64,000 bases of DNA, taken from Candidatus Aceula meridiana. Lineage in GTDB: Bacteria; Omnitrophota; Gorgyraeia; Zapsychrales; Aceulaceae. Made by a program: the position numbers and the translations under genes. The notes under the pieces were generated by a model that saw only the letters and a list, made by a program, of their open reading frames with translations, was not told the origin of the DNA and did not search any database. Numbering within the stretch: position 1 is the stretch's first letter; every line of letters starts with the position of its first letter. Of this stretch, positions 1-12,069 are shown one piece after another. The stretch lies in the NCBI GenBank assembly GCA_030765185.1, contig JAVCDE010000024.1:187538-251537 (forward strand), in the 5' to 3' direction.

Positions 1-952
1 AGGCACCAGTTTTAAAAGCTTCAAGATATTGATTGTAGATTTCTTGCTTGATTGCAGGATCTTCAGTATTAATGCCTTGGGTTTTCTTCTGGTCTACATA
101 GACCTTTCCTAAAAGACTTTGCTTTAAGGTCTCTTTAAACCAATTAGCAAGAATAAGAGAATTGTAGATTTGACGTAGTTGTGCAAAATGTTTACCAAAA
201 TTGACTTCTTTTTCAATTTCAGGGATAACAATGTCTCGGATAATGGCTGTGGAGATAGCATTGTTTGATTCTTTGACTTTGATATTTTTGTTGCTACTTA
301 AAGCCACGTAGTCCTCTTCAAGCATAACTTTTAGAGAGCTCTCTGTGACAAAGACACGATTTCCATGCTCATAAACTGTGGCTTTACCCGGCAAGATCCA
401 AACCTTGTGGAAGGTCTCTGTAGAAATTTCAGTAGTACCGAACTTCTCAAAGGATTTTTTGTAGACTTTGTCCCAGAACTTCTTTCCGAGTTCATCTTCA
501 GGGTAGAGGACAGATGCCATCAATTGCTTTAACATGTAATCTTCAGCTAAAAGGTCTCGGCCTAATTCTGTGGTAGATAAGGTATCTTCAATGATGCGGT
601 CTTTTTCATAAGGAGAAAGATTGACCCATAAATCATTCTCCGGCATGGTTAAAGATGCCAAAAAGTATCTAATTAGTTTTTCAGCCTCTGCCTTTAACGC
701 TTCTCCTTGAAGATTGTCTTCGCCGGAGTTGACAAAAAAGTTAAATTGAAACGGATTGTCAGGATTGATTTCAAGACCTTTGATAATAGGCGGAGCAAAT
801 GCCGGCGTTATACCTATCATCGTGCCCGGGGCAGGAAGCGCAAGAGCTTGCGCAAAACCCTGTGTTGGCAAGATGAAGTTACCTAAAAAGGCAATAGTGA
901 TAATGAAGCTGACAGTCTTTCGACAGCGTGGCTGGGTTTTAAAAGTAAACAT
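1..952 (-). CDS. 5' part (N-terminal ~317 aa) of a large secreted protein, paralogous to the N-terminal module of the 2029-aa ORF at 41749..47838. The rest of the gene lies beyond the window start.
   Basis: Minus-strand translation from the ATG at 950-952 gives MFTFKTQPRCRKTVSFIITIAFLGNFILPTQGFAQALALPAPGTM...YFLASLTMPENDLWVNLSPYEKDRI...FGTTEI...KVWILP.... This is collinear with, and highly similar to, residues 1-330 of the 2029-aa ORF. The DNA itself is visibly similar (compare 590-800 with 47460-47700). It is absent from the ORF track because it runs off the window edge. Confidence 0.6.
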   Translation of the reverse strand, partial: MFTFKTQPRCRKTVSFIITIAFLGNFILPTQGFAQALALPAPGTMIGITPAFAPPIIKGLEINPDNPFQFNFFVNSGEDNLQGEALKAEAEKLIRYFLASLTMPENDLWVNLSPYEKDRIIEDTLSTTELGRDLLAEDYMLKQLMASVLYPEDELGKKFWDKVYKKSFEKFGTTEISTETFHKVWILPGKATVYEHGNRVFVTESSLKVMLEEDYVALSSNKNIKVKESNNAISTAIIRDIVIPEIEKEVNFGKHFAQLRQIYNSLILANWFKETLKQSLLGKVYVDQKKTQGINTEDPAIKQEIYNQYLEAFKTGA

Positions 953-1206
953 GGGTCGACTCCTTTGGATGAGCGCGTGTTTTACGAAAGCTAAAACAAC
1001 GTAAATCATCTACGCGAATTAATTCCGTTCTTTGCAAAACAAAAAATCGGATAAATGACTATATCTTTGTTTGCGTATTTTCACTCTTTTCTACAGTTTC
1101 TTTAAAAATAGATAACCGTGACGAGTTGAAATAATCGAAAAATACTGCTGATATATATAATTAAAATGATTATGAAAGCGCTTTCCTTGAGGAAACTTAT
1201 AGAAAG

Positions 1207-1233
1207 GATAGCATACATGAGAGAAATTACAAG
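1207..1233 (-). promoter_or_regulatory. Conserved upstream box (sense strand CTTGTAATT-N8-GTATGCTATC) followed by a short hairpin. It is shared with the region upstream of the giant gene at 47944..47970.
   Basis: Plus strand reads gatagcatacatgagagaaattacaag here and gatagcatacccctaagtaattacaag at 47944. Both are followed on the gene side by a 5-7 bp inverted repeat (GTTTCC..GGAAAG here, GCGTTTTC..GAAAACGC at 47914-47932). Could be a promoter (TTGTAA -35, 16 nt spacer, TATCYT -10) or an operator. Confidence 0.35.
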
Positions 1234-1358
1234 AGTAAGCAAAAATCTCAAAGATTATATAAATATATGGTATATAACACTTTATAGAATTATAAAAAAA
1301 ACTTCTAGATAAATAATTTTTTTTGTTCTAAGTGTAGCGCTTGAAAAGACTTTTGTTC

Positions 1359-2150
1359 CTAATAAAGTCCATAACCGCTCATAATCCATGCAATAAGCGG
1401 CTGCGAAAAGAAAAGCGCAATAATGGCCCCAATGGCCAAAAATGGGCCATAAGGAATAAGGCTTTCCTTCGTGCGGATTTTGACAATGATTCCAAAAATA
1501 GCTCCAAAGAAAGGAGCGATAAAAAAAGCTAGCAGCGCAGATTGCCAACCTAAAAAAGCACCGATCATAGCCATAAGCTTAACATCTCCCCCGCCCATGG
1601 ATTCTTTTTTAAAAATAAAGTCACCGATAAGTCCCATAATATAGATTGAACCACCGCCAACTAAAATACCAACGAGAGATCTTACACCTCCCCAAAGAAA
1701 ACTATCTGTACCATGTAACTGAGGAATAAGAATGCTAAGAATAAGCCCAACAGCAGCCCCGCCGATGCTAATCTCATCCGGAATAATGCGGTGTTCGATA
1801 TCAACAAACGTTGCGACAATAAGCCCGGAAACCATAATAAGATATGGTATCAATATCGCGTTAGGACCAAAATAACCATAAAGAACAACAAAAGAACAAG
1901 CAGCAAGAAGTTCGATTAAAAAATAACGAAAAGAAATTTTTGTACCACAAAAACGGCATTTGCCACGCAGCACAATAAAACTAACAAAAGGAATATTATC
2001 ATACCAAGGAATTGTTTTCTTACATTTAACGCAATGAGATCGTGGCGTAACGACAGATTTTTCATGCGGCATGCGAACGATGCAGACATTTAAAAAACTT
2101 CCGATAATAGCACCAAATATAAAAACCAGAATTGCACAGATATCTATCAC
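1359..2150 (-). CDS. pilD: Type IV prepilin leader peptidase (A24 family, PilD)
   Basis: N-terminal Cys-rich zinc-binding CxxC...CxxC region and the multi-TM peptidase A24 body with the typical order of features. Start coordinate uncertain. Confidence 0.8.
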   Translation of the reverse strand: MIDICAILVFIFGAIIGSFLNVCIVRMPHEKSVVTPRSHCVKCKKTIPWYDNIPFVSFIVLRGKCRFCGTKISFRYFLIELLAACSFVVLYGYFGPNAILIPYLIMVSGLIVATFVDIEHRIIPDEISIGGAAVGLILSILIPQLHGTDSFLWGGVRSLVGILVGGGSIYIMGLIGDFIFKKESMGGGDVKLMAMIGAFLGWQSALLAFFIAPFFGAIFGIIVKIRTKESLIPYGPFLAIGAIIALFFSQPLIAWIMSGYGLY

Positions 2151-2151
2151 T

Positions 2152-3021
2152 TTATTTTCCTTTCAGTCTGTCGACAAGGGCTTGCTTCATCTTATCTTTT
2201 ATCTCATCAGGCAACTCAATTTCTGCCCAATGCTGAAAAGCCAATACACCTTGATAAAAAAGCATGCCTAAGCCATTTGACGTCTTGGCCCCACGGACGG
2301 CGGCCATTTTTAAAAGTTTGGTTTCTGCCGGATTATAAACTAAATCATAAACAAACATGTTAGGATGCAACAGTTCTTCTTCAATCAAAGCAGGATCGCT
2401 TGTCTTTAAGCCAATGGGTGTTGCGTTAATTAAAATATCTGAAAGTTCAATATTCAAGTCATCAATGCTTTGGGCAATCTCAACAATGCTAAGATCTAAA
2501 TTCTCTCGTAATTCCTGGACGAGTGTCTCGGCCTTTTCGCGCTCACTGTCAAAAATCTTAATAAGCTTCGGCCTCTCAGGAATCATGCAAAGTGTTGAAA
2601 GCACAGCCCGCGCTGCACCTCCAGCTCCTAAAATTGCAACGCGCTTATCTTTTATGTTAACTCCAAGCTCTGTAAAGTGTGCTAAAAAACCCGGGCCATC
2701 AGTATTCAGGCCAATTAATTTCCGATCCTTATCAATAACAATGGTATTAACAGCTTTAACTTTTTGTGCGTATGGATTAAGAGAATCTAAATAGGAAATA
2801 ACAGCTTCTTTATAAGGAACAGTAACATTCAGCCCAAAAATTGGGCTTTCTTCTTTTTTTAATTCCTGAAAAAAATGATCAAGGTGATCTTCTTGCAGAG
2901 GAAGAAGTTTATAGGTCGCCTGAAGGCCCAGGGCTTTAAAAGCTGTATTATGCATTACAGGCGATAGACTATGTCCTAGCGGAAAGCCTATCAGCCCGTA
3001 AGTTGAGATACGTTGAGTCAT
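2152..3021 (-). CDS. aroE: Shikimate 5-dehydrogenase
   Basis: Substrate-binding N-terminal motif GLIGFPLGHSLSPVMHNTAF and NADP-binding GAGGAARAV. Confidence 0.85.
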   Translation of the reverse strand: MTQRISTYGLIGFPLGHSLSPVMHNTAFKALGLQATYKLLPLQEDHLDHFFQELKKEESPIFGLNVTVPYKEAVISYLDSLNPYAQKVKAVNTIVIDKDRKLIGLNTDGPGFLAHFTELGVNIKDKRVAILGAGGAARAVLSTLCMIPERPKLIKIFDSEREKAETLVQELRENLDLSIVEIAQSIDDLNIELSDILINATPIGLKTSDPALIEEELLHPNMFVYDLVYNPAETKLLKMAAVRGAKTSNGLGMLFYQGVLAFQHWAEIELPDEIKDKMKQALVDRLKGK

Positions 3022-3025
3022 AAAG

Positions 3026-4546
3026 TTATTTGGCCTGTTGCGCGATCATCTTATTAATGGCATTCAAATATGCCTTGGCAGATGCCTCTAAGATGTCAGT
3101 TGACGCGCCATGTCCGATGTATTTTTTATCTTTAAGCTTTACCTTAACAGTTACCTCGCCTAAAGCATCTTTTCCGCGTGTAACCGATTGAATCGAGTAA
3201 TCTAAAAGCTCACCTTTGCCTTTGGCGATCTTCTCAATAGCTTTATAGCAGGCATCGACAGGACCATCTCCCGATGAACTAGCCTCACTTGCCTTGCCTT
3301 TTGATTTGATAACCACCGTCGCCTTAGGAGCGATTTTTGTACCACTCGTTACGACCAAGCTTACCAATTGCCATGTCTTTGGAACAAGCTTAGTTTCATC
3401 CTCAGCAATGGCAATCAAGTCTTCATCAAAAACTTGTTTCTTTTTATCAGCCACTAATTTAAACCTATCAAAAGCATGATCTAAAGCATCGTCTTTTAAA
3501 TTAATTCCTAAAGATTTTAAACGTACGCGAAAAGCGTGTCGCCCAGAATGCTTTCCTAAAACCAATCCGGTCTCAACAAAGCCGACATCTTCAGGCTTCA
3601 TAATTTCATAAGTTGTGCGTTCTTTTAAAACACCATCTTGATGGATACCCGCCTCATGACGAAAAGCATTGGCTCCAACAATGGCTTTGTTCGGAGCAAC
3701 AACAAACCCTGAATACTTGCTAACCAAGCGTGATGCGCGACAAATTTCTCGTGTTTTAATATTTGTAGTGCATCCATAATAATCATTGCGGGTTTGAAGC
3801 GCCATAACAATTTCTTCTACAGCAGCGTTGCCGGCTCGCTCGCCGATACCGTTAACTGTGCATTCGACTTGCCTAGCACCATTTTTAATTGCTGCCAAAG
3901 AATTGGCAGCTGCCAGCCCTAGATCATTATGGCAGTGAACAGAAATAACAGCTTTGTTAATGTTCGGGACATTGTTTTTAATATCCGTAATTAATTGTCC
4001 GAACTCGCTTGGAACTCCATATCCAACAGTGTCAGGAATATTAACCGTCTTGGCACCGGCTTTGATGACTGCCTCAACAACACTAAACAAAAAATCTTTG
4101 TCGGTTCTTGAAGCGTCCTCAGGCGAAAACTCAATATCATCATTTTTTGTTCTCGCATAACGAACAGCATCAACCGCCATCTTTAAAATTTCTTCTTTGG
4201 TGCGTTTAAATTTATACTGAAGATGAATTTTCGACGTTGCCAAAAAGACATGAATACGTGAACTCTTAGCCGCTTTAACAGCATCGGCACACGCGTCGAT
4301 ATCCTTTTTTATGGAACGTGCCAAACCGCAAACAGTTGAATTTTTAATATGCTTGGCTACGCTTTTGACAGAATTAAAATCCCCTTTTGAAATAACAGGG
4401 AATCCAGCTTCAATAATATCAACTCCTAAGCGCTCCAAAGTAAAAGCGACGTCCAACTTTTCCTTTTCGTTCATGCTAGCACCTGGTGCTTGCTCGCCGT
4501 CACGCAAAGTAGTGTCGAATATATATACTTTATCTTTTTTACTCAT
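3026..4546 (-). CDS. leuA: 2-isopropylmalate synthase (a citramalate synthase CimA-type enzyme cannot be excluded)
   Basis: DRE-TIM motifs [24 protein letters not shown] and a C-terminal LeuA-type regulatory domain. 506 aa. Confidence 0.8.
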   Translation of the reverse strand: MSKKDKVYIFDTTLRDGEQAPGASMNEKEKLDVAFTLERLGVDIIEAGFPVISKGDFNSVKSVAKHIKNSTVCGLARSIKKDIDACADAVKAAKSSRIHVFLATSKIHLQYKFKRTKEEILKMAVDAVRYARTKNDDIEFSPEDASRTDKDFLFSVVEAVIKAGAKTVNIPDTVGYGVPSEFGQLITDIKNNVPNINKAVISVHCHNDLGLAAANSLAAIKNGARQVECTVNGIGERAGNAAVEEIVMALQTRNDYYGCTTNIKTREICRASRLVSKYSGFVVAPNKAIVGANAFRHEAGIHQDGVLKERTTYEIMKPEDVGFVETGLVLGKHSGRHAFRVRLKSLGINLKDDALDHAFDRFKLVADKKKQVFDEDLIAIAEDETKLVPKTWQLVSLVVTSGTKIAPKATVVIKSKGKASEASSSGDGPVDACYKAIEKIAKGKGELLDYSIQSVTRGKDALGEVTVKVKLKDKKYIGHGASTDILEASAKAYLNAINKMIAQQAK

Positions 4547-4571
4547 AATAGTTACCTCTTCATACAGAAAA

Positions 4572-5561
4572 CTATTTCATCCAAGGCATCATGCCGCGAA
4601 GATCACGTCCTACCTTCTCAATAGGATGTGCATCCGCGTCTTTTCTCATTTGGATAAAATTTGGTCTTCCTTTTTTATTCTCACGAATCCATTCTCTAGC
4701 AAATTTGCCGGTTTGGATATCTGTAAGCATTTTTTTCATTGTTTTGCGCGTCTTATCAGTAACAACTTTTTTACCACGGGAAAGATCGCCATATTCAGCG
4801 GTATCTGAAACGCGCTTTCTCATTCCTTGAATGCCTGTCTTATAAATAAGATCTGTAATGAGCTTGAGCTCATGGAGACATTCAAAGTAAGCAATTTCTG
4901 GCTGGTATCCAGCTTCAACAAGGGTATCATACCCTGCCTTGATTAACTCGCTTGCACCGCCACAGAGAACTGCTTGCTCGCCGAAGAGGTCTGTTTCGGT
5001 TTCTTCTTTAAAAGTTGTTTCAATGACACCTGCACGAGCCCCACCAATACCATTAGCATAAGCTAAAGCAGTTTTTAAGGCATTGCCTGTAGCATCCTGA
5101 TGAATAGCAACGAGACATGGAACACCTTTGCCCTCTTCATATTGGCTTCGAACCAAAGCGCCCGGGCCTTTAGGAGCAACCATAAAAACATCCACATCAG
5201 CAGGTGCAACAATTTGATCAAAATGAATATTAAATCCATGAGAAAAAACCAAAGAATCTCCTGCCTTTAGATTTCTTTTGATGGACTTGCGGTAAACAAG
5301 AGCCTGAACATGATCTTGTGTTAAAATCTGGATAACGTCTGCTTTTTTTGCAGCCTTTTTTGCATCCATTGGAGCAAAACCATCTTCGACAGCTTTTCTA
5401 AAATTTTCTGTATCCTCAAGCTCACTAACAATAACTTTAAGGCCACTATCACGCAGGTTAAGCGCTTGTCCTCTGCCTTGAATGCCATAGCCGATGATTG
5501 CGATAGTTTTATCTTGGATAAATTTTAAATCTGTATCTTTTTCATAATAAATCTTTGCCAT
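4572..5561 (-). CDS. ilvC: Ketol-acid reductoisomerase
   Basis: MAKIYYEKD...[21 protein letters not shown] Rossmann motif. Start set at the ATG at 5559-5561, which is preceded by AAAAGGAGGAAAAA. The track start 66 nt further upstream is probably an over-extension. Confidence 0.9.
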   Translation of the reverse strand: MAKIYYEKDTDLKFIQDKTIAIIGYGIQGRGQALNLRDSGLKVIVSELEDTENFRKAVEDGFAPMDAKKAAKKADVIQILTQDHVQALVYRKSIKRNLKAGDSLVFSHGFNIHFDQIVAPADVDVFMVAPKGPGALVRSQYEEGKGVPCLVAIHQDATGNALKTALAYANGIGGARAGVIETTFKEETETDLFGEQAVLCGGASELIKAGYDTLVEAGYQPEIAYFECLHELKLITDLIYKTGIQGMRKRVSDTAEYGDLSRGKKVVTDKTRKTMKKMLTDIQTGKFAREWIRENKKGRPNFIQMRKDADAHPIEKVGRDLRGMMPWMK

Positions 5562-5652
5562 TTTTTCCTCCTTTTTCTTCAGGGAAAAATTTAAATATCT
5601 TCTCCGAAGGTTCGTCCTTAAAGCCAACGACTTTAGGATTTTGGTTATTGTT

Positions 5653-6627
5653 TTAAGTCAACGTTTTAATTAAATTACAATATTCATCAATCGGAACGAT
5701 ACTCATGGTGCAAGCCTGTCCGAGCTCAACAATATTTATTTTATTTTGCAAAACTCCTACAGCGCGTCCGTGTTCTCCTCTTAGAAGACAATCAACAGAA
5801 GCAGCCCCTAGACGTGTAGCTAGAATGCGGTCTGGTGCCGTGGGAGACCCTCCTCTTTGAATATGCCCTAAGACAACGTAACGGCTTTCAAATTTTGTAA
5901 TTTCTATTACTTTTTCAGAAACTTGATGGGCTTTGCCGGCACCCTCGGCAACAACAATAATCCAACTGATTTTCCCAATGTCATGACCTTTTTTAATCCC
6001 CTCATATAGTTTCTGATAATCAAATTTTCGTTCTGGGATAATGACATCTTCTGCGCCAGCGCCAAGAGCTACTTGCAAAGCAATATAGCCGGAATGATGC
6101 CCCATGACCTCAACAACAAAAATGCGTTCCATGCTGTGGCCTGTGTCACGAATTTTGTCAATAGCCTCAAGGGCCGTATTAACCGCTGTGTGGCAACCGA
6201 TGGTCTGATCTGTTCCGTAGATGTCATTATCAATCGTGCCAGGAAGGCCCACTGTCGGAATCTTCCACTTCGAGTAGAGATCGTGGGCTCCCGCATAGCT
6301 GCCATCACCACCGATAACAACTAAGGCGTCGACATTATATTTCTTAAGAGTTGCAACTGCTTTTTTCTGCCCTTCCGCTTCTTTAAATCGCGGTGAGCGT
6401 GCAGTTTTTAAGAACGTGCCTCCCTTATCAATAATATTGGCAACCGAGCGATGATTAAGTTCAACAGCATTATCATCGATCAGGCCTTCATAACCGCGAA
6501 TAAATCCTGTCACTCCAAGTCCATGATGAACAGCGCTGCGCACAACAGCGCGAATCGCAGCATTCATGCCTGGTCCGTCACCACCAGATGTTAAAACACC
6601 TATTTTTTTAATTTGTTTATCAGCCAT
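5653..6627 (-). CDS. pfkA: ATP-dependent 6-phosphofructokinase
   Basis: [20 protein letters not shown] and GGDGS motifs. Confidence 0.85.
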   Translation of the reverse strand: MADKQIKKIGVLTSGGDGPGMNAAIRAVVRSAVHHGLGVTGFIRGYEGLIDDNAVELNHRSVANIIDKGGTFLKTARSPRFKEAEGQKKAVATLKKYNVDALVVIGGDGSYAGAHDLYSKWKIPTVGLPGTIDNDIYGTDQTIGCHTAVNTALEAIDKIRDTGHSMERIFVVEVMGHHSGYIALQVALGAGAEDVIIPERKFDYQKLYEGIKKGHDIGKISWIIVVAEGAGKAHQVSEKVIEITKFESRYVVLGHIQRGGSPTAPDRILATRLGAASVDCLLRGEHGRAVGVLQNKINIVELGQACTMSIVPIDEYCNLIKTLT

Positions 6628-6639
6628 GATATCCTCTTT

Positions 6640-8049
6640 CTAATATCGATAATGTTCTGGCTTGTAAGGGCCTTCAACAGGATACCCAATATATTTTGCC
6701 TGTTCCTCAGTCATCTTGGTTAATTTTACCCCAATTTGATCAAGATGAAGGCGGGCAACTTCTTCATCAAGTTCTTTCGGTAAGCGATACACACCAATTT
6801 CATAATTTTTAGTCCACAACTCAATTTGCGCCAATGTCTGATTTGTAAAAGAATTACTCATAACAAATGACGGGTGGCCTGTGGCACATCCTAAATTAAC
6901 GAGACGTCCTTCTGCTAATAAAATAATCGAATGGCCATCGGCAAAATAATACTGGTCAACCTGCGGCTTCACATTAACTTTCTTAATACCTTTTAAAGCC
7001 TCAAGCTTAGAAACTTGAATCTCATTATCAAAATGGCCAATGTTACAGACGATAGCACCGTCTTTCATTTTTTCCATATCTTGAGCCGTAATAATATCAC
7101 GGTTTCCTGTTGTTGTTACATAGATGTCCCCGATATCCAAGGCATCTTGAAGAACTTTAACTTCAAAACCCTCCATAGCGGCTTGAAGTGCACAGATAGG
7201 GTCAATCTCGGTAATGATAACGCGTGCTCCGTAGCTTCGCATTGAGCGCGCGGATCCTTTGCCCACATCGCCATAACCGCAAACTACAATGACTTTCCCG
7301 GCGATCATAATATCCGTGGCACGCTTGATACCATCGGCCAATGATTCGCGGCAGCCGTAAAGATTATCAAACTTTGATTTAGTAACAGAATCATTAACAT
7401 TAAAGGCCGGAAACAATAATTTCTTTTCTTCAAGCATTTGATAAAGGCGGTGAACACCGGTTGTCGTTTCCTCAGAAACGCCTTTAATCTCTTTAGCAAT
7501 TTTATGCCAAAACTGCTTATCTTCTTTTAAGGTTTCCTTTAAAATACCAAAAAGCTCGACCTCATCTTCGATATCAATTTTTGCGTCTAAGACAGAAGGA
7601 TTGTCTTCGGCTTCACAGCCTTTATGTATCATCAAGGTTGCATCTCCACCGTCATCGACAATCAAATTCGGGCCAAGGCCACCCGAAAAAACTAGCGCCT
7701 TTTGAGTACACCACCAATATTCTTTTAATGTTTCGCCTTTCCAAGCAAAAACAGGAACGCCTAAATCAGCAATGGCTGCAGCTGCATGGTCTTGTGTTGA
7801 GAAAATATTGCAACTTGCCCAACGAACTTGAGCACCTAAAGAAAGCAACGTCTTGATCAACACGGCGGTCTGAATAGTCATGTGTAGCGACCCTGTAATG
7901 CGTGCATCTTTTAAAGGTTTTTGGCCTGCATATTTCTTCTGAAGAGCCATCAAGCCTGGCATTTCCTTCTCGGCGAGCTCAATTTCTTTGTGCCCGAAAG
8001 CAGTCAAAGACATATCTTTAACTTTGAAATCTTGAAATTTCGATGTCAT
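6640..8049 (-). CDS. ahcY: Adenosylhomocysteinase
   Basis: Conserved AhcY N-terminus ([18 protein letters not shown]) and the NAD-binding domain. Confidence 0.9.
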   Translation of the reverse strand: MTSKFQDFKVKDMSLTAFGHKEIELAEKEMPGLMALQKKYAGQKPLKDARITGSLHMTIQTAVLIKTLLSLGAQVRWASCNIFSTQDHAAAAIADLGVPVFAWKGETLKEYWWCTQKALVFSGGLGPNLIVDDGGDATLMIHKGCEAEDNPSVLDAKIDIEDEVELFGILKETLKEDKQFWHKIAKEIKGVSEETTTGVHRLYQMLEEKKLLFPAFNVNDSVTKSKFDNLYGCRESLADGIKRATDIMIAGKVIVVCGYGDVGKGSARSMRSYGARVIITEIDPICALQAAMEGFEVKVLQDALDIGDIYVTTTGNRDIITAQDMEKMKDGAIVCNIGHFDNEIQVSKLEALKGIKKVNVKPQVDQYYFADGHSIILLAEGRLVNLGCATGHPSFVMSNSFTNQTLAQIELWTKNYEIGVYRLPKELDEEVARLHLDQIGVKLTKMTEEQAKYIGYPVEGPYKPEHYRY

Positions 8050-8062
8050 GTGTTATTTCCTT

Positions 8063-9220
8063 TTATTTTTTAACAGACTTTGCTAACTTTGCAGCTTTGT
8101 CAGTTTTTTCCCATGAAAAATGACCACGCCCAAAATGACCATAAGCCGCAGTTTTACGATAAATCGGCTTTAGAAGATTTAAATTCTTAATAATCCCTCG
8201 CGGCGTTAAATCAAAATTCTTCTTAACTAAAGAAACGAGTTTTTGCTCAGATACTTCTCCTGTGCCAAGCGTATCGATAGTGATACTGACAGGTTCTGCT
8301 TTACCAATAGCATAACCTAACTCAACCCAGCATTTCTTAGCAAGCTTTGCAGCAACGATATTTTTAGCAATGTATCGTGCCATGTAGGTCGCTGAACGAT
8401 CAACCTTGCTCGGATCTTTTCCGGAAAATGCCCCACCACCGTGAGAAACAACACCACCATAAGTATCAACAATGATCTTTCGTCCTGTAACACCAGTATC
8501 TGACTTTGGACCGCCGACAACGAACTTTCCAGTTTGATTTACATAATATTTTGTTTTCTTATCAAGAAGTTTTCCTAAAATCGGCTTGATAATAACATCA
8601 ATCATTTGCTTACGGGCTTTATCGGTAATCTTGTCCCCTTTTTTATTTAAAATTTCTTCGGTGTGCTGGCAGGCTAAAACAACCGCATCAATGCGAATTG
8701 GCTTTCCGTCTTTGTATTCAACGGTAACTTGACTCTTGCAATCAGGCCCTAAATATTTTAACTTTTTAGATTTTCGAACATCTTCAACACGCTTAACCAA
8801 TTTATGCGCGAGCATAATTGGCAAAGGCATCAACTCTTTTGTCTCATCGCAAGCGTAACCAATCATAATGCCTTGGTCACCGGCACCGCCTGTATCAACG
8901 CCTTGAGAAATATCAGGAGATTGGCTGACGATTGCATTTAAGATTGCGCAAGTATGGGCTGAAAAACCATATTTCTCATGGTCGTATCCAATATCTAAAA
9001 GAACATCTTTAACAAGTTTCTGAATATTGATATATGTTTTTGTTGTGATCTCTCCACCGACAACAACCAAGCCTGTTGTAATAAATGTTTCACAGGCAAC
9101 ACGTCCTTTAGGGTCTTTAGCTAATACAGCATCTAAAACTGCGTCAGAGATTTGGTCGCAAACTTTATCCGGATGTCCGTTTCCTACAGATTCAGATGTA
9201 ATAAAATATTTTCCTTTCAC
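8063..9220 (-). CDS. metK: S-adenosylmethionine synthetase
   Basis: [25 protein letters not shown] signature. Confidence 0.9.
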   Translation of the reverse strand: MKGKYFITSESVGNGHPDKVCDQISDAVLDAVLAKDPKGRVACETFITTGLVVVGGEITTKTYINIQKLVKDVLLDIGYDHEKYGFSAHTCAILNAIVSQSPDISQGVDTGGAGDQGIMIGYACDETKELMPLPIMLAHKLVKRVEDVRKSKKLKYLGPDCKSQVTVEYKDGKPIRIDAVVLACQHTEEILNKKGDKITDKARKQMIDVIIKPILGKLLDKKTKYYVNQTGKFVVGGPKSDTGVTGRKIIVDTYGGVVSHGGGAFSGKDPSKVDRSATYMARYIAKNIVAAKLAKKCWVELGYAIGKAEPVSITIDTLGTGEVSEQKLVSLVKKNFDLTPRGIIKNLNLLKPIYRKTAAYGHFGRGHFSWEKTDKAAKLAKSVKK

Positions 9221-9256
9221 TTGTCTACTCCTCCTTGCAATGCACTGCTTTAATAA

Positions 9257-9997
9257 TTAATTTTTAAATTCTTCCTGTGCTTCATTATAAGCTTCGATAC
9301 TTCCGATATCATACCACTTACCTTCAAACTGAAAACCGCATAACAGGTCTTGCCCGCAGAGCCATCCAATATAATCGCCGGCACGGTCCTGCTTTCCGCC
9401 CTCTGTAATGTATTTATCAATCAAGGCCATTGTGTTTTTTGGAAAATAATACAAACACATAGCAATCAAGCTTGTTTTCGGCTCTGCTGGTTTCTCATAA
9501 AAAGAAACTACCTTTTTGTTTTCACCGATAGCGGCAACACCAAATTTACTGGCTTGCGCGATCTCCTTGATATCATAAAGCCCAACAGTTACCTTGTCAG
9601 AATTCTCACCTGAAAACTTAAGAAAATCATCTAAATCATAATCAAAAAGATTGTCGCCACCGATGACAAGAAGATCTTCTTCAATTTTTTCTTTTTCGAC
9701 AACAAACCGAATATCTCCAATCGATCCCAATCGGTCATCAGGTGTTTTTGTCCCGTCGCTTACAACTGTTAACTTAACCGGGAAATCCTTATTTTCTTTA
9801 GCCCATGCGTTAAAGATATCATAAAATTTATCATTTGTTACTGTTATGATTTCGCTAACCAAAGATGCATCTTGAAATTTCTCAATAAGATAATTTAAAA
9901 TCGGCTTTTCACTAATCGGCAAAAGCGGCTTTGGCTTCTCTTTTGTTAAAGGATAAAGTCTTGTTCCATACCCTGCAGCTAAAATAAGAACTTTCAT
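9257..9997 (-). CDS. Sugar-1-phosphate nucleotidyltransferase (NTP-transferase family)
   Basis: MKVLILAAGYGTRLYPLTKEKPKPLLPI motif. Start placed at MKVL (9997), which avoids overlap with ptsI. Confidence 0.65.
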   Translation of the reverse strand: MKVLILAAGYGTRLYPLTKEKPKPLLPISEKPILNYLIEKFQDASLVSEIITVTNDKFYDIFNAWAKENKDFPVKLTVVSDGTKTPDDRLGSIGDIRFVVEKEKIEEDLLVIGGDNLFDYDLDDFLKFSGENSDKVTVGLYDIKEIAQASKFGVAAIGENKKVVSFYEKPAEPKTSLIAMCLYYFPKNTMALIDKYITEGGKQDRAGDYIGWLCGQDLLCGFQFEGKWYDIGSIEAYNEAQEEFKN

Positions 9998-10001
9998 AAG
10001 A

Positions 10002-11777
10002 TTATTTCCTTGCGCTATAAATATGCGGAGCAATTTTTTTCAACTTCATCGATAAAAATTCCTCAACATAATCTCCTGTCGATAACTCGACTGCCTGCTG
10101 GGCAATCTTTTTAGCATCCTGATATTTAATGCTTCTAATTAATTTCTTAATCTGCAAAATATTTAGCGCTGACATACTAAACTCGTTTAAACCTAGGCCT
10201 AACAACAAAAGAGCTAAAATAGGCTCACTCGACATTTCTCCGCAAAGCGCCACATCGATTCCCGCTTTTTTTCCAGCTTCAATGGTCTGCTTTATAAGCC
10301 TTAAAACTGACGGATGGCCTGGCTCATAAAGATTTGCAGTCTGCTCGTTAGTACGGTCAACAGCCAAAGTATATTGAATCAAGTCATTGGTGCCGATGCT
10401 AAAGAACGCGGCCTCTTTTGCTAAAAGATCTGCTGTAATAGCTGCCGAAGGAACCTCGATCATGACACCCACCTCAAGATTAGCATTAAACGGAATCTTT
10501 TCTTTTCTAAGGTCGTCTTTGACTTCTTGCAAAAGTGCATTTGCCTCTCTCAATTCGCAGACACCGGAAATCATAGGATACATCATCTTTAAGTTTTCAT
10601 TGACCGAGGCACGCAAAATAGCCCTTAGCTGCGTCTTAAAAATTTCAGGCCTACCTAAACAAAAACGAATTGCCCGCCAACCTAAGAATGACTTCATCTC
10701 TGCCGGGAATTCAATAGAAGAAACAAACTTGTCTCCACCTAAATCCAAAGTACGGATAACAACTGGCAAAGGTGCCATTTTCTCTGCAACATATTTATAC
10801 GCTTTATACTGCTCTTCTTCGCTCGGCAACTCTTGCCTATTCATATAAAGATATTCTGTGCGGTAAAGCCCGATTCCATCACTTCCTTGCGTTAAAATCG
10901 TTGAAATCTCTTCGGGAAACTCCAGGTTAGCCATAATACGAACACGACGACCGTCTTTAGTTTCTGCTGGCAATTCTTTAATGTCATCAAACCGCGCCCT
11001 AGAGGCCTCAATTTTATCTCGTTCAATGTTATATTTGCCGTGGGTCTTTTCAGAAGGATTAACAATTAAAAGCCCTTTTCGACCATCAACAATCACGTAA
11101 TCCTGATTACTAATTTTTAATGTCGCATCTTTTAAGCCAACAACAGCCGGAATCCCTAACGATTTGGCCATAATCGCCGTATGCGATGTGCGCCCCCCGA
11201 TATCCGTTGCAAAAGCCAAAATTCTTTTGCTATACATTCCAGCAGTATCAGACGGCGAAAAATCATTCGCAACAACAATAGTCTCTTCGTCTAGCTCTTC
11301 AAGATCGTGAAGCTTTGTCTCTCCCATCAAGTTTTTCAAAACACGCTTGCTAACATCGCTAATATCACTCGTGCGGTCTCTTAAATACTCATCTTCAATT
11401 TCAGCAAAAACCTTGGCATACTTCTTCATAACCTGTGAAAAAACATACTCAACACAAAACTTTTGCTTTTTAACATTTTTAATAACTTCTTGGATAACAG
11501 TCCTGTCCTCTAAAACCAAAAGATGCGCATCAAAAATCTGCGCATGGCGAACACCCATTTCTTTGGAAATTTTTCTTTGAATGTTCAAAATTTCTTCACG
11601 CGTCTTTATAAGGGCTTCTTCGAAGCGGGCAATTTCAACAGGAATTTCTTTTTCTAGGATAATCCGAGAGGGGATAAAAACATCCTGCTTATCAAGGATA
11701 AACGCTGGGCCGCAAGCAATCCCTGGTGCTGCCGGAATGCCTTTTAAAATAACTTCTTTTTTCTTTTTCGTCGGCAT
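10002..11777 (-). CDS. ptsI: Phosphoenolpyruvate-protein phosphotransferase (PTS Enzyme I)
   Basis: EI N-terminal domain, the [21 protein letters not shown] His-domain motif and a PEP-utilising C-terminal TIM barrel. Confidence 0.9.
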   Translation of the reverse strand: MPTKKKKEVILKGIPAAPGIACGPAFILDKQDVFIPSRIILEKEIPVEIARFEEALIKTREEILNIQRKISKEMGVRHAQIFDAHLLVLEDRTVIQEVIKNVKKQKFCVEYVFSQVMKKYAKVFAEIEDEYLRDRTSDISDVSKRVLKNLMGETKLHDLEELDEETIVVANDFSPSDTAGMYSKRILAFATDIGGRTSHTAIMAKSLGIPAVVGLKDATLKISNQDYVIVDGRKGLLIVNPSEKTHGKYNIERDKIEASRARFDDIKELPAETKDGRRVRIMANLEFPEEISTILTQGSDGIGLYRTEYLYMNRQELPSEEEQYKAYKYVAEKMAPLPVVIRTLDLGGDKFVSSIEFPAEMKSFLGWRAIRFCLGRPEIFKTQLRAILRASVNENLKMMYPMISGVCELREANALLQEVKDDLRKEKIPFNANLEVGVMIEVPSAAITADLLAKEAAFFSIGTNDLIQYTLAVDRTNEQTANLYEPGHPSVLRLIKQTIEAGKKAGIDVALCGEMSSEPILALLLLGLGLNEFSMSALNILQIKKLIRSIKYQDAKKIAQQAVELSTGDYVEEFLSMKLKKIAPHIYSARK

Positions 11778-11790
11778 ATTGTCTCCTGGC

Positions 11791-12057
11791 TTACTGGCTG
11801 GTGCTCGTTAAAAAAGCTGTCAATTCTTCACAAGCGGCTTGCGCATCATCGCCGTCGACACTAATGGTTAGCTTCGATTCCTTCTCTGCTGCAAGCATCA
11901 AAATACCCATGATCGATTTTCCATTAACCGCATCGTTTCCTTTGCGGACAATAATCTCTGAATCAAATTTTCCGGCCAATTGAACAAATAAGGCCGCCGG
12001 CCTTGCGTGCAGACCCTGATCATTTTTTATAATAATTTCTCGCTCAATTTTTGGCAT
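11791..12057 (-). CDS. ptsH: Phosphocarrier protein HPr
   Basis: GLHARPAA (His15) and GKSIMGI (Ser46) motifs. Confidence 0.85.
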   Translation of the reverse strand: MPKIEREIIIKNDQGLHARPAALFVQLAGKFDSEIIVRKGNDAVNGKSIMGILMLAAEKESKLTISVDGDDAQAACEELTAFLTSTSQ

Positions 12058-12069
12058 AATAAATCTCTT

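Noticed and set aside
756-1004. 82-aa plus-strand ORF
   Set aside because: It lies antisense to the clearly conserved N-terminus of the giant-protein paralog (1..952, minus strand). It has no recognisable features and is almost certainly spurious.
1282-1548. Two overlapping small ORFs (88 and 63 aa) at the 3' end of pilD
   Set aside because: They are embedded in or antisense to pilD, and no motif supports either.
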